This document shows, one piece after another, positions 29,416 through 37,606 of a stretch of 55,783 bases of DNA. The stretch spans positions 1 to 55,783 of the forward strand of contig JBHEMQ010000003.1 in assembly GCA_046262475.1 (NCBI GenBank), written 5' to 3'. Origin of the DNA: Candidatus Velthaea sp. Lineage in GTDB: Bacteria > Vulcanimicrobiota > Vulcanimicrobiia > Vulcanimicrobiales > Vulcanimicrobiaceae. Position numbers and translations under genes: made by a program. Each line of letters opens with the position of its first letter. Positions within the stretch are counted from its first letter, which is position 1. The notes under the pieces were generated by a model. It made no database searches and had not been told where the DNA came from. It saw only the letters and a list, made by a program, of their open reading frames with translations.

Positions 29416-30597
29416 TTGCGCGAGCGGTTCGACCCCGTCGCGGCGGAAACGCTCGCGGCCGGCGCGCCGCGTTCGGTCATCATTCTCGAGCTTTCGGCGC
29501 CGGCGCTGGCCGCCGCCGTCGCGGCCGCGGTGCGCGCGGCCGGCGCCGTCGCTGCCGCAACCGGAGCGCGCGTCGGCGTGCGCGCCGAGGCGGCACAACT
29601 GGCGCAAGCCGCCGCCGCCGAGCCCGGACTGCGCGCAGAAATGAACGCGCTTGCCGATGCGCGCCGCCGCGATGGCGAGCTCGCGCCGCGGTGGCGCGTT
29701 CGGGGACGCGCCGTGGACCTGAGCGGCGCGGCGCAGGTCATGGCGATCGTAAACGTGAGCCCCGATTCGTTCCACCAACGCGTCGACGGCGTGCCCGGCG
29801 CCGTGCGGGCGGCGCGGGCGTTCGCCGCCGCGGGCGCGGCGCTCGTGGACATCGGCGGCCGTTCCTACGCGCATTGGAGCCGGCGGATCGATGCGGCGGA
29901 AGAAGGCGCGCGCGTGGTTGCGGCCGTCGCCGCTGTTGCCGCCGCAGGCATCGACGTCGCACTCTCGGTCGATACCACGACGGCGTCCGTGGCGGAGGCC
30001 GCGCTGGCCGCCGGAGCGCACGCCGTCAACGATTGCAGCGGCCTTGCGGATACGGCGCTCGCCGCCGCGGTTGCGAAATATGACGCGGGGCTCGTCGTGA
30101 TGCATCTGAAGGGCGAACTCAACGTGCGGGCGCCGGATTCGTACCTGTACGGCGACACGATGAGCGAAATCATCGACGCACTGTACGAGCGCACGGAACG
30201 CGCGCGCTCCGCCGGCGTTGCGCGCGATGCCATCGCCGTGGATCCGGGACTCGAGTTCGGCAAAGAGCCGCATACCGATCTCGAGATTCTCGAGCGCTAC
30301 GGCGAATTGCGCGTACTGGGATATCCCATCGTGCTCGCAAGTTCTCGCAAGTCGTTCATGGAACGCGTGGTCGGGTCACGCGCGCGCGAACTGCTGGCAC
30401 CTTCCCTCGCGACGGCGGCGATCGGAATCGCGGCCGGTGCACGCATCGTGCGCGCGCACGACGTCGAGGAGACCGTCTACTTCGCGCGCATGCTTGCCGC
30501 GGCGTCCGGCCCGGCGGGCGAGTCACGCGCCGAATCTCCGCCGGACAGTTTTCCGCCGGGCGGCAACTCCGCAGCGCGCGGCGCGGTCTCAACGTGA
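29416..30597 (+). CDS. folP: Dihydropteroate synthase
   Basis: Motifs: VMAIVNVSPDSFH, LSVDTTTASVAEAAL, NDCSGL, DPGLEFGK, SSRKSF. The start is uncertain. ATG 29416 adds an Ala-rich extension of about 75 aa. The internal ATG at 29641 gives a canonical-length DHPS. Confidence 0.85.
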   Translation: MRERFDPVAAETLAAGAPRSVIILELSAPALAAAVAAAVRAAGAVAAATGARVGVRAEAAQLAQAAAAEPGLRAEMNALADARRRDGELAPRWRVRGRAVDLSGAAQVMAIVNVSPDSFHQRVDGVPGAVRAARAFAAAGAALVDIGGRSYAHWSRRIDAAEEGARVVAAVAAVAAAGIDVALSVDTTTASVAEAALAAGAHAVNDCSGLADTALAAAVAKYDAGLVVMHLKGELNVRAPDSYLYGDTMSEIIDALYERTERARSAGVARDAIAVDPGLEFGKEPHTDLEILERYGELRVLGYPIVLASSRKSFMERVVGSRARELLAPSLATAAIGIAAGARIVRAHDVEETVYFARMLAAASGPAGESRAESPPDSFPPGGNSAARGAVST

Positions 30598-32075
30598 GCA
30601 TGCACGTAGCGCTATTGGGCGTCGGATCGAATTTGGGAGATCGTCAGGGCACGATCTTGCAAGCCTTGCAAAAGATGCGCCGCTTCGCACGCGTCGAGCA
30701 AGTGTCGTCATATTACGAAACGCCGGCGCTCGCGGTGAGCGGTCCGGCTTTTCTCAACGTCGCCGCGAAGATCGAGACCGAACTCGGCCCGGTGGCGCTG
30801 GAGGCCGCACTGCGCGGCGTCGAGACGGCCATCGGGCGGCAGGGTTCGCACGACATGAGCGCGCGCCCCATCGACATCGATCTGCTCTACGTCGACGGCC
30901 TCGTTGAGAACTTCGGGCGCTTCGAGCTTCCGCACCCCTACATGGCGCAGCGTCCTTTCAACCTGGTACCGCTGGCTGAGATCGCCGGCGACTTCGTGGA
31001 TCCGGCGCTGCGCAAAACCATCGCCGAGCTCGCGGCGGCGGCCGATGCCGCCGGCATCCGCAAGAAAACGCGCGCGATGCATTTTTTCGCGAACCGGCAA
31101 GAGGAACTGCCGGACGTGCGGCTGTCGCTGAATCGCGTCGGCGTATCATCGGTCAAGCACATCATCCGTCTCGACGTCGACGGCGCGGAACGGCTGTTCA
31201 ACGCGGATTTCACGATGGTCGCCGATTTGCGGCCCGACCGGGCGGGCGTGCACATGTCGCGCTTCTCCGAACTGTTGGAAGCGGCGACGCTCGACGTGCT
31301 CGCGCGTAAGGATCAGCCGGGCCGCGTTGAGGATCTCGTGGAGCAAATCGCGCGCGAGATCGTGACCTCGCAAGGGGCGCTGCGCGCGGACGTGCGCTTG
31401 CGCGCCGATTTCGGGCTCGAGCGCTGGACGCCCGTCAGCGGCAAGCGCAGCCAGGAGACGTACGTGCTGGTTGGGATCGCGCACGCGGATGCCAAAGGGA
31501 CGCGGCGCGCCGTCGGCGTGGAAGCTGAAGGAATGACTGCGTGTCCGTGCGCGCAGCTGATGGTGCGCGAGCACTCGATGCGCGAACTGCTGGACGCGGG
31601 CTTCAGCGAAGCCGACGCGGTTCGCGCCCTCGACGCGCTGCCGGGTGCCACACACAACCAGCGCGGGCGCGGCGCGGTGCTGATCGGAACGACGCCGGAG
31701 CACGACGCGGCCATACGCGCCGAAGATCTCGTCGAGATCGTCGAGAACTCCATGTCGAGCGAGACGTACGATCTCCTGAAACGTCCGGACGAGTTTTACA
31801 TCGTCAACAAAGCGCATCACAACCCGAAGTTCGTCGAAGACGTCGTGCGGGGCATTTTGGCACGCGCCCTCGATGTCTACGCCGACTTTCCGGACACGAC
31901 GTTCATCTCGGCCTCGCAAGTAAACTACGAATCGATCCACAAGCACGATGCATTCGCCGAAGGCTTCGGCGTCTTCGGCGAGTTTCGCGAAGAGCTGCGC
32001 GACGGTTCACACGTTGACGTCAAAACGGATTTGGCGGCATGGCTCGGAACGCGTCCGTCCGCGGTCGTCGTATAA
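30594..32075 (+). CDS. folK: Bifunctional fusion: HPPK (FolK) N-terminal domain plus GTP cyclohydrolase FolE2/MptA-type C-terminal domain
   Basis: 493 aa. HPPK part: ALLGVGSNLGDR, IDIDLL, PHPYMAQRPFNLVPLAEI. FolE2 part from about aa 170: LPDV...NRVGVSSVKHIIRL, GVHMSRF, CPCAQL, HNQRG, ESIHKHDAF. GTG 30594 overlaps the folP stop (GTGA). ATG 30600 is an alternative start. Confidence 0.85.
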   Translation: MSMHVALLGVGSNLGDRQGTILQALQKMRRFARVEQVSSYYETPALAVSGPAFLNVAAKIETELGPVALEAALRGVETAIGRQGSHDMSARPIDIDLLYVDGLVENFGRFELPHPYMAQRPFNLVPLAEIAGDFVDPALRKTIAELAAAADAAGIRKKTRAMHFFANRQEELPDVRLSLNRVGVSSVKHIIRLDVDGAERLFNADFTMVADLRPDRAGVHMSRFSELLEAATLDVLARKDQPGRVEDLVEQIAREIVTSQGALRADVRLRADFGLERWTPVSGKRSQETYVLVGIAHADAKGTRRAVGVEAEGMTACPCAQLMVREHSMRELLDAGFSEADAVRALDALPGATHNQRGRGAVLIGTTPEHDAAIRAEDLVEIVENSMSSETYDLLKRPDEFYIVNKAHHNPKFVEDVVRGILARALDVYADFPDTTFISASQVNYESIHKHDAFAEGFGVFGEFREELRDGSHVDVKTDLAAWLGTRPSAVVV

Positions 32076-32794
32076 GCGGCAACAACCCGCTGGACGTCCC
32101 GGCCGCGCTGCGCTTCCTTCGCGCTTTGCGCCGCCATAACGACCGCGCCTGGTTCGAGCAAAATCGCGCGGAATACGACGCAAGGATCAAGCCGCAATGG
32201 GAGGATTTCGTCGCGGCACTGCTCGTTGCCGGAACGCGGTTCGAGCCGCGTTTTGCCGACGTCGATCCGCGCGCTTGCATCTTCAGGCTCGCGCGCGACA
32301 TCCGCTTCGCGCGGGACAAAACGCCGTATAAGACGTATCTTTCCGCGTTTCTCTCGCCGCGCGGTTGGCGCGGCAGCACGCCGGGTTTTTGGATCTCGCT
32401 CGAACCGGGCGGTGAGAGCGAAATCTCCGCCGGCATCTACGTGCCCGAGCGTCCGGTATTGACGGCGATCCGCCGGCGTCTGGCGGCGGGCGACCGCGAC
32501 TTCGCGCGCATCGTGGATGCCAAGCGGATGGCGCCGTATGTTCCGCTGCGCACCGCGCCGTTGAAAACCGTGCCGCGCGGTTTCCCGCGCAATCACCCGC
32601 GCGCCGGCCTCATTCGAGCGCAACGTTACATGGCAGGCCGCGACTTTACGGACCGCGAGCTGACCGCGGGCAACGCGTTCGCGATTTTTCGCAATGCAAT
32701 GCGCGACACCGCGCCGTTGGTGCAGTGGCTCGCGCGCTTCACCAGCGAAAGCGCGCCGCTAGTTGGCGATGCTTTCGAGCCGTTCGATGCGTGA
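32039..32794 (+). CDS. DUF2461 (TIGR02453) family protein
   Basis: 251 aa with the motif LRFLRALRRHNDRAWFEQNRAEYD. It overlaps the upstream gene by 37 nt and the convergent M48 gene by 36 nt. Confidence 0.75.
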   Translation: MARNASVRGRRISGNNPLDVPAALRFLRALRRHNDRAWFEQNRAEYDARIKPQWEDFVAALLVAGTRFEPRFADVDPRACIFRLARDIRFARDKTPYKTYLSAFLSPRGWRGSTPGFWISLEPGGESEISAGIYVPERPVLTAIRRRLAAGDRDFARIVDAKRMAPYVPLRTAPLKTVPRGFPRNHPRAGLIRAQRYMAGRDFTDRELTAGNAFAIFRNAMRDTAPLVQWLARFTSESAPLVGDAFEPFDA

Positions 32795-33991
32795 TCTAAG
32801 CGACGGATGCGAAGACAGCAGGAGTTCGGCCCATTTCGGCGCTTCTTCTTCGGCGAGGTTCTGGTCGCGCAGTCGCCGGAAAGCGCGCGCGCCGCTGCGC
32901 GGATCGTGCGTCGCTTGCACCGCGAACTCGTCGGCGCGGCGCTCGATCGCGCGGGACGCGGCGAGCATGAGCGGCGAACCGAGCGTCGAGATGACCGTCC
33001 CGTAGAATGCGAAGCGCGCGCCGTCGGCGGCCGTGCGAAAGCTGCGCCCGGATGCGCGCAACGCGGCGTTGGCCAATACGATCGTCACCGCAAGGAACGC
33101 CGTTCCCAAGACGATCGACACCCAAGGATCCTTGCGCACGTAATGTCCGAGCTCGTGCGCGACCACGAAGAGCGTTTCGTCCTCCGGAAACTTTTCGATC
33201 AGCGTGTCCGCGAGCGCGATGCGTTTGGTGCCGAACACCCCGGTGACGAACGCGTTCGCCTTTTTCGTCTGGCGGCTCATGTCGAAGCGCAAAATGGCGG
33301 CGTCGCCGACGCCGTAGCGGGCCGCCAGCTCTCGAATGTTGCGTTCCAGCGACCCCTCGAGGGCCGTGTATTCATTGAACAGCGGCATCACGTACGTCGG
33401 CGCGATGACGTTTGCAAGCGTCAGCAGGATGGGCGTCGTTCCGATCGCGAGCCACGGCCAAGCGCGCGGCGCGCGCCGGACCAGCGCCTCGCCGAGCGCG
33501 CCGAGAACCGCACTGACGCCGACGCCGACGGCCGTCGCTTTGCCGTGGTCGGCGAGCCACGAACGTGCGCTTTGCTCCGACGTTCCGAAGGCACGTTCGA
33601 GCCCGTACGCTTCCACGAAATCGACCGGCAAATCGCGCAGGGTGTCGATCAGCGCCAGCGCGGATATGAAGGCGGGCGCGCGAAGCGCGCCGGGAACCCG
33701 CTGCACCGCCCGTTCCAGCGGATCGGCGAGAAGAAAAGCGGTGAGTCCCATCGAGGCGATCGACCGGGCCGTGCCGGCAAGGCTCAGCGCGCGCCGTGCT
33801 GCCGCATACGCGGCGGGATCGGGTCGCTCAAGCGGCGGCGCCGGCTCGCGCATTTGGCGATATGCATCCCACGTCCGTATGGCGCCGTAGCCCAGCACCA
33901 TACCGGCCGCGGCCCCGGTCCACATGCGGCCGCGCGCTTTCGATCCCACGCGATACGTCGTCCCCATCGCGGCGGCTCGTAAACCGCGCAA
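32759..33991 (-). CDS. M48 family (Ste24/HtpX-like) membrane zinc metalloprotease
   Basis: 410 aa with several TM helices and the zinc motif VVAHELGHYVRKD. Confidence 0.85.
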   Translation of the reverse strand: MRGLRAAAMGTTYRVGSKARGRMWTGAAAGMVLGYGAIRTWDAYRQMREPAPPLERPDPAAYAAARRALSLAGTARSIASMGLTAFLLADPLERAVQRVPGALRAPAFISALALIDTLRDLPVDFVEAYGLERAFGTSEQSARSWLADHGKATAVGVGVSAVLGALGEALVRRAPRAWPWLAIGTTPILLTLANVIAPTYVMPLFNEYTALEGSLERNIRELAARYGVGDAAILRFDMSRQTKKANAFVTGVFGTKRIALADTLIEKFPEDETLFVVAHELGHYVRKDPWVSIVLGTAFLAVTIVLANAALRASGRSFRTAADGARFAFYGTVISTLGSPLMLAASRAIERRADEFAVQATHDPRSGARAFRRLRDQNLAEEEAPKWAELLLSSHPSLRSRIERLESIAN

Positions 33992-34086
33992 GCGGCGCGT
34001 GCTGTGTTGCGCCCCGTCGCTCAGGCTCGCGCCGGCGACGTGATCGCGAGCTTCACTCGCGGTCGCAACTGACCGACAAAGAGTGC

Positions 34087-34224
34087 ATGCTGAAGGCTAC
34101 TTCCCCTCGTCGGCCCGTGCCGTTCAAGCGCGCATTCCTCGTCTGGGCGAGCATGACGGCGGTGTACACGGCGGGTGAACTTCTGGTCGGCGGAGCCTTC
34201 TGGATTTGGAAGCTTCACCACTAA
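34087..34224 (+). CDS. Possible small membrane protein (45 aa)
   Basis: MLKATSPRRPVPFKRAFLVWASMTAVYTAGELLVGGAFWIWKLHH has one hydrophobic helix. It is immediately followed by a terminator-like hairpin plus T-run. There is no homology support. Confidence 0.25.
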   Translation: MLKATSPRRPVPFKRAFLVWASMTAVYTAGELLVGGAFWIWKLHH

Positions 34225-34250
34225 GCCCGCGCGGGCGTCGGCTTTTTCTT
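34224..34250 (+). terminator. Candidate intrinsic terminator
   Basis: AGCCCGC-GCGG-GCG(TC)GGCT forms a stem of about 7 bp with a 2-nt bulge and a tetraloop. It is followed by TTTTTCTT. This is rare in such GC-rich sequence. Confidence 0.35.
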
Positions 34251-34395
34251 CGTTTCTCCGGCTTCATCCTGACGCAGGCGTACGCTAGCGCCATCCGCAG
34301 CGGCGGCCCCTGCGCGAACGCTTGCGGACCGTGCTGCGGCCAAGGAGTGACGGGAGACACATGAGTTGGCGTTCGCGGCGAACCGATAACTTGAA

Positions 34396-35313
34396 ATGAG
34401 CCGATGTAGGCTGCGCGCTACGTCGTCCATTCGCGAAAGTAAGGTTACCGTGGAGAACTATAAGCCCGGCGAGCGTCGGCGGAACGTTCTCGATATTATC
34501 GCCGACTTGGGATTTCTCGAGCGAAAAGAGCAGTCGCCGCAGGCGCCCGTGCTCTCGCTGGTTCCGCCGGTGCGTCCGGCGCCCGCCGACGCGGCGGCGT
34601 CCGATCCGCATCACGACGTGGTGCAGGCCTTGACGGAAGCGCAACGGCAGGCCGCGGAACAGCGGATGGCCGCGGAACAATATCTCAAACAAACGCTCGC
34701 GCTCGAACAGCGCCTTGCCGAAGAAGCGGCCCAAGCGCGCGCTGCCAGCCAATACGCGCGAGCGCAGCAGGTCGCTGCCGCCGTTGAGGACGCGCGTTCC
34801 GCGGAACGCAAAGCGCGCGACTACGCTGAGGCGTGCTCGAAGCGGTTGAGCCGGGTCGCGGCTGAAAAGGCGGAAGCCGAAGCCTTGCGCACCGACGACC
34901 GCCTCGCGGTGGAAACCGCTTACGCCGAGGTCGGCGCAGCCGAAGCCGCGCTCGCGGAAGCGCGCCGGCGCCTCGAGATCGCGAATGCTTCATGCACGGA
35001 AAGCGCCCGTCGTTTTGACGACGCGTCGCTCGCCGAAGAAGCCGCGCAACGCGAAAGCGCCGCAGCCGCGCATGGCGTGGTCGAATGCTGCGCCGCGCGC
35101 GAACGTCTCGAGGATGAACTGCGGCTCGCGCACGGCGATACGCAGCGAAGCGCACCGCCCGTGCCGTCGCTCGCATCGATTGAAGATCTCCGCGCGCTCG
35201 AGGCAAGCGTTATGCCGCCGCCGGTTCGATTGGAGGACCGTGCTGCTGCCGACGCCGCAAAGCGCGTCGCTGACCGTCGCGCTGCGGATGCCGCGCGCAG
35301 CGCGGCGAGTTGA
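34396..35313 (+). CDS. Ala/Glu/Arg-rich coiled-coil hypothetical protein
   Basis: 305 aa from ATG 34396. An alternative GTG at 34450 is preceded by AAGG at a 5-nt spacing. About 200 aa have a heptad-like helical sequence. The stop overlaps the next gene's start region. Confidence 0.5.
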   Translation: MSRCRLRATSSIRESKVTVENYKPGERRRNVLDIIADLGFLERKEQSPQAPVLSLVPPVRPAPADAAASDPHHDVVQALTEAQRQAAEQRMAAEQYLKQTLALEQRLAEEAAQARAASQYARAQQVAAAVEDARSAERKARDYAEACSKRLSRVAAEKAEAEALRTDDRLAVETAYAEVGAAEAALAEARRRLEIANASCTESARRFDDASLAEEAAQRESAAAAHGVVECCAARERLEDELRLAHGDTQRSAPPVPSLASIEDLRALEASVMPPPVRLEDRAAADAAKRVADRRAADAARSAAS

Positions 35314-36380
35314 TCGCCATGACGCAGGGCGTCTGCACCAATAGGGCCTGCGCCAACGGCATCGCGCGTACGGCGATCGAGCGCTATCCGGGGCCCGGCG
35401 AATATTGTCCGGAGTGCGGCGACGAACTGCAAGCGGTCGCGGCCGCTGTTGCCGAACCGCAACCGGCCGCCGTCGTACCGGCGCCCGAAGCTGCCGCTCC
35501 ATTCGGCGGACTGACGCCGCTGCAAGCGCTGCAGCAATTCGATGCCGATCAGCCCGTCGCACCGCCTCCACCGCGGCGCCGCCGCGGCCTCCGGCGCCTC
35601 GCGTTCGCCGCGCTTCCGGTCTTTTTCGGAGCCGTTGCGGCCATCGTCTTTTTCGGTCCGGGCGCGACCGGCCATCCGCGTAGCGGTGACGCGGTGCGCA
35701 TCTGCCGCTCGAGCATCACGGAGCGCTTCGCCGCGGACGTCATCGCGGCGTATTCAGCGAAGAATGGCGCCGCCGCCTCGCAGTTCGAGATGGCGCAGTC
35801 CGGCCCGTGCGATGTCACGTTTGCCGTGAGCGCGGACACCGCGACGGCGACCCTCGTCGCGCACGACGGCATCGTCGCCGTCGTCAATCCGCAGAATCCG
35901 GTCGTGCGGCTGAGCCCGGATCAAGTCCGTCAGATTTTTACCGGCGAGCTCACGGACTGGTCGCAAATCGGCGGACCGGCCGGGCCCATCATCGCGCTGT
36001 TGCCCGATGCGCCCAGCGACGAATGGCGCATCGCCGCAAAGAGCGTTCTGCACGACGCGAAGCCCGCCGCGTCGGTACGGCGAATGCCGTCGAGCGCCGA
36101 TGTGGTGCACGCTGTCGTGAGCGGCAGCGGACGCGGCATGGTCGGTCTCGTTGCATTCAGCGCCGCCGTACCGGCAAAGGTCGTACGCCTTGCTGCCGCG
36201 CCCGTTCCGAGCGCGCTGTCCATCGGCGACAACCGCTATCCGCTGACGGTGGGCATCACCGTGGAGACGTCCGCCGCGACGCAGGCGCCCGCTGCAGCAG
36301 CGCTGGTGCAGTATGCGCGCTCCGACGATGCCCAAACGATCGTTTCGCGCGACGGCCTCGTTCCGAAAAAAGGATTCTAA
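35310..36380 (+). CDS. Zinc-ribbon / single TM / periplasmic PstS-like (PBP_like_2) domain protein
   Basis: The N-terminus has CxxC...CxxC (CTNRACANG...YCPECGDEL). It is followed by a Pro-rich linker and a TM helix (LAFAALPVFFGAVAAIVFF). The binding-protein motif is VVNPQNPVVRLSPDQVRQIFTGELTDWSQIGG. A likely alternative start is ATG 35319. Confidence 0.6.
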   Translation: MIAMTQGVCTNRACANGIARTAIERYPGPGEYCPECGDELQAVAAAVAEPQPAAVVPAPEAAAPFGGLTPLQALQQFDADQPVAPPPPRRRRGLRRLAFAALPVFFGAVAAIVFFGPGATGHPRSGDAVRICRSSITERFAADVIAAYSAKNGAAASQFEMAQSGPCDVTFAVSADTATATLVAHDGIVAVVNPQNPVVRLSPDQVRQIFTGELTDWSQIGGPAGPIIALLPDAPSDEWRIAAKSVLHDAKPAASVRRMPSSADVVHAVVSGSGRGMVGLVAFSAAVPAKVVRLAAAPVPSALSIGDNRYPLTVGITVETSAATQAPAAAALVQYARSDDAQTIVSRDGLVPKKGF

Positions 36381-36381
36381 C

Positions 36382-37596
36382 ATGCGCGCCCTTTCCGGCC
36401 TCGTCGCGTTTGCCGCGTTCGCCTTCGCCGTCGTTCCGGCCGGCGCCGCGGAACCGAAACGCTCGATCGTTTTCGGCTCCGCCGTTTCGTTGACGGGTTC
36501 GCTCGCGAATGAGGGACAGCTTACCAAAGAGGGCTACGATTTCTGGATGCGCTACGTGAACGCGCACGGCGGATTGCGCGTCGGTGACAAGCGCTATACG
36601 GTCGAAATCCAGTACGCGGACGACGAATCGAACCCGCAAACGACGGCGCGGCTGTTGGAAAACATGATCGCCGAAGATCACGTCGATTTCATCCTCGGGC
36701 CGTACGGCTCCAATCCGACGTTCGCCGCGGCGGCCGTCGCCGAGCGCCACGGCGTACCGATGGTGGATAGCGGCGGGTCCGCCGAGCGCATCTTCAATCA
36801 AGGCTACCGCTACACGGTCGGCGTGCAGTCGCCGGCGCGCAAATATCTCGTCGGCATCATCGAATATGCCGTGAAGCGCAAGCCCGCGCCGCACACCATC
36901 GCGATAAGCGCGGCGAACGACGCCTTCTCCCTCGAAGTGCAGCAAGGCGCCGTTCAATCCGCCAACGATCACGGACTCAAAGTCGTGTACGCCGACCGCT
37001 ACGCGGACGACGCGAACTCAGTGGCCGCGGCGGCCGCCGCCATCAAGGCGGCGCATCCCGACATCGTACTGAGCGCGGGGCATTTCAAGGATGCTCTGCA
37101 GCTGCACCGCGCACTTAAAGAACAGCACGTCACCGCCAAGATTTTCGGTTATTCGGTCGGTCCCGATACCCCGGAATTTCGCGTGGCGCTCGGCCCGGAC
37201 GCGCAGGCGGTTCTGGGCAGCGCGCAATGGTCGAGCTCCGTCACCTACGCCGGCGAAACCGGCTTCTATCCGAACGCCCGCGCATACGCCGCGGCGTTCA
37301 CCCGCGACGTCGGCCACGCGCCGGATTATCACAACGCCGAAGCTTCGGCCGCGTGCCTGGCTTTTCAGTACGCGCTGCAGCGCGCGCGCACGCTCGACCG
37401 CGTTGCGGTGCGCGACGCGCTCGCGAGCCTCGACGTCGTGACGTTCTTCGGCCTCCTCAAGTTCGATTCGCGCGGTGTCGACGTGTTCAAGCCGATGGTC
37501 GTCAACCAAATTCAAGGCAACCGGCTGCTGACGATCTATCCATACCGTCTCTCGGACGCGAAGCCCGTTTATCCGGCGCCGGCGTGGACGCACTAA
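36382..37596 (+). CDS. ABC-type substrate-binding protein, LivK/Peripla_BP_6-like
   Basis: Track ORF 36313-37596 trimmed to the ATG at 36382, giving a signal peptide (MRALSGLVAFAAFAFAVVPAGAA). The motif is FGSAVSLTGSLANEGQLTKEGYDFWMRYVNAHGGL. Confidence 0.85.
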   Translation: MRALSGLVAFAAFAFAVVPAGAAEPKRSIVFGSAVSLTGSLANEGQLTKEGYDFWMRYVNAHGGLRVGDKRYTVEIQYADDESNPQTTARLLENMIAEDHVDFILGPYGSNPTFAAAAVAERHGVPMVDSGGSAERIFNQGYRYTVGVQSPARKYLVGIIEYAVKRKPAPHTIAISAANDAFSLEVQQGAVQSANDHGLKVVYADRYADDANSVAAAAAAIKAAHPDIVLSAGHFKDALQLHRALKEQHVTAKIFGYSVGPDTPEFRVALGPDAQAVLGSAQWSSSVTYAGETGFYPNARAYAAAFTRDVGHAPDYHNAEASAACLAFQYALQRARTLDRVAVRDALASLDVVTFFGLLKFDSRGVDVFKPMVVNQIQGNRLLTIYPYRLSDAKPVYPAPAWTH

Positions 37597-37606
37597 AGGA
37601 GCGCAC

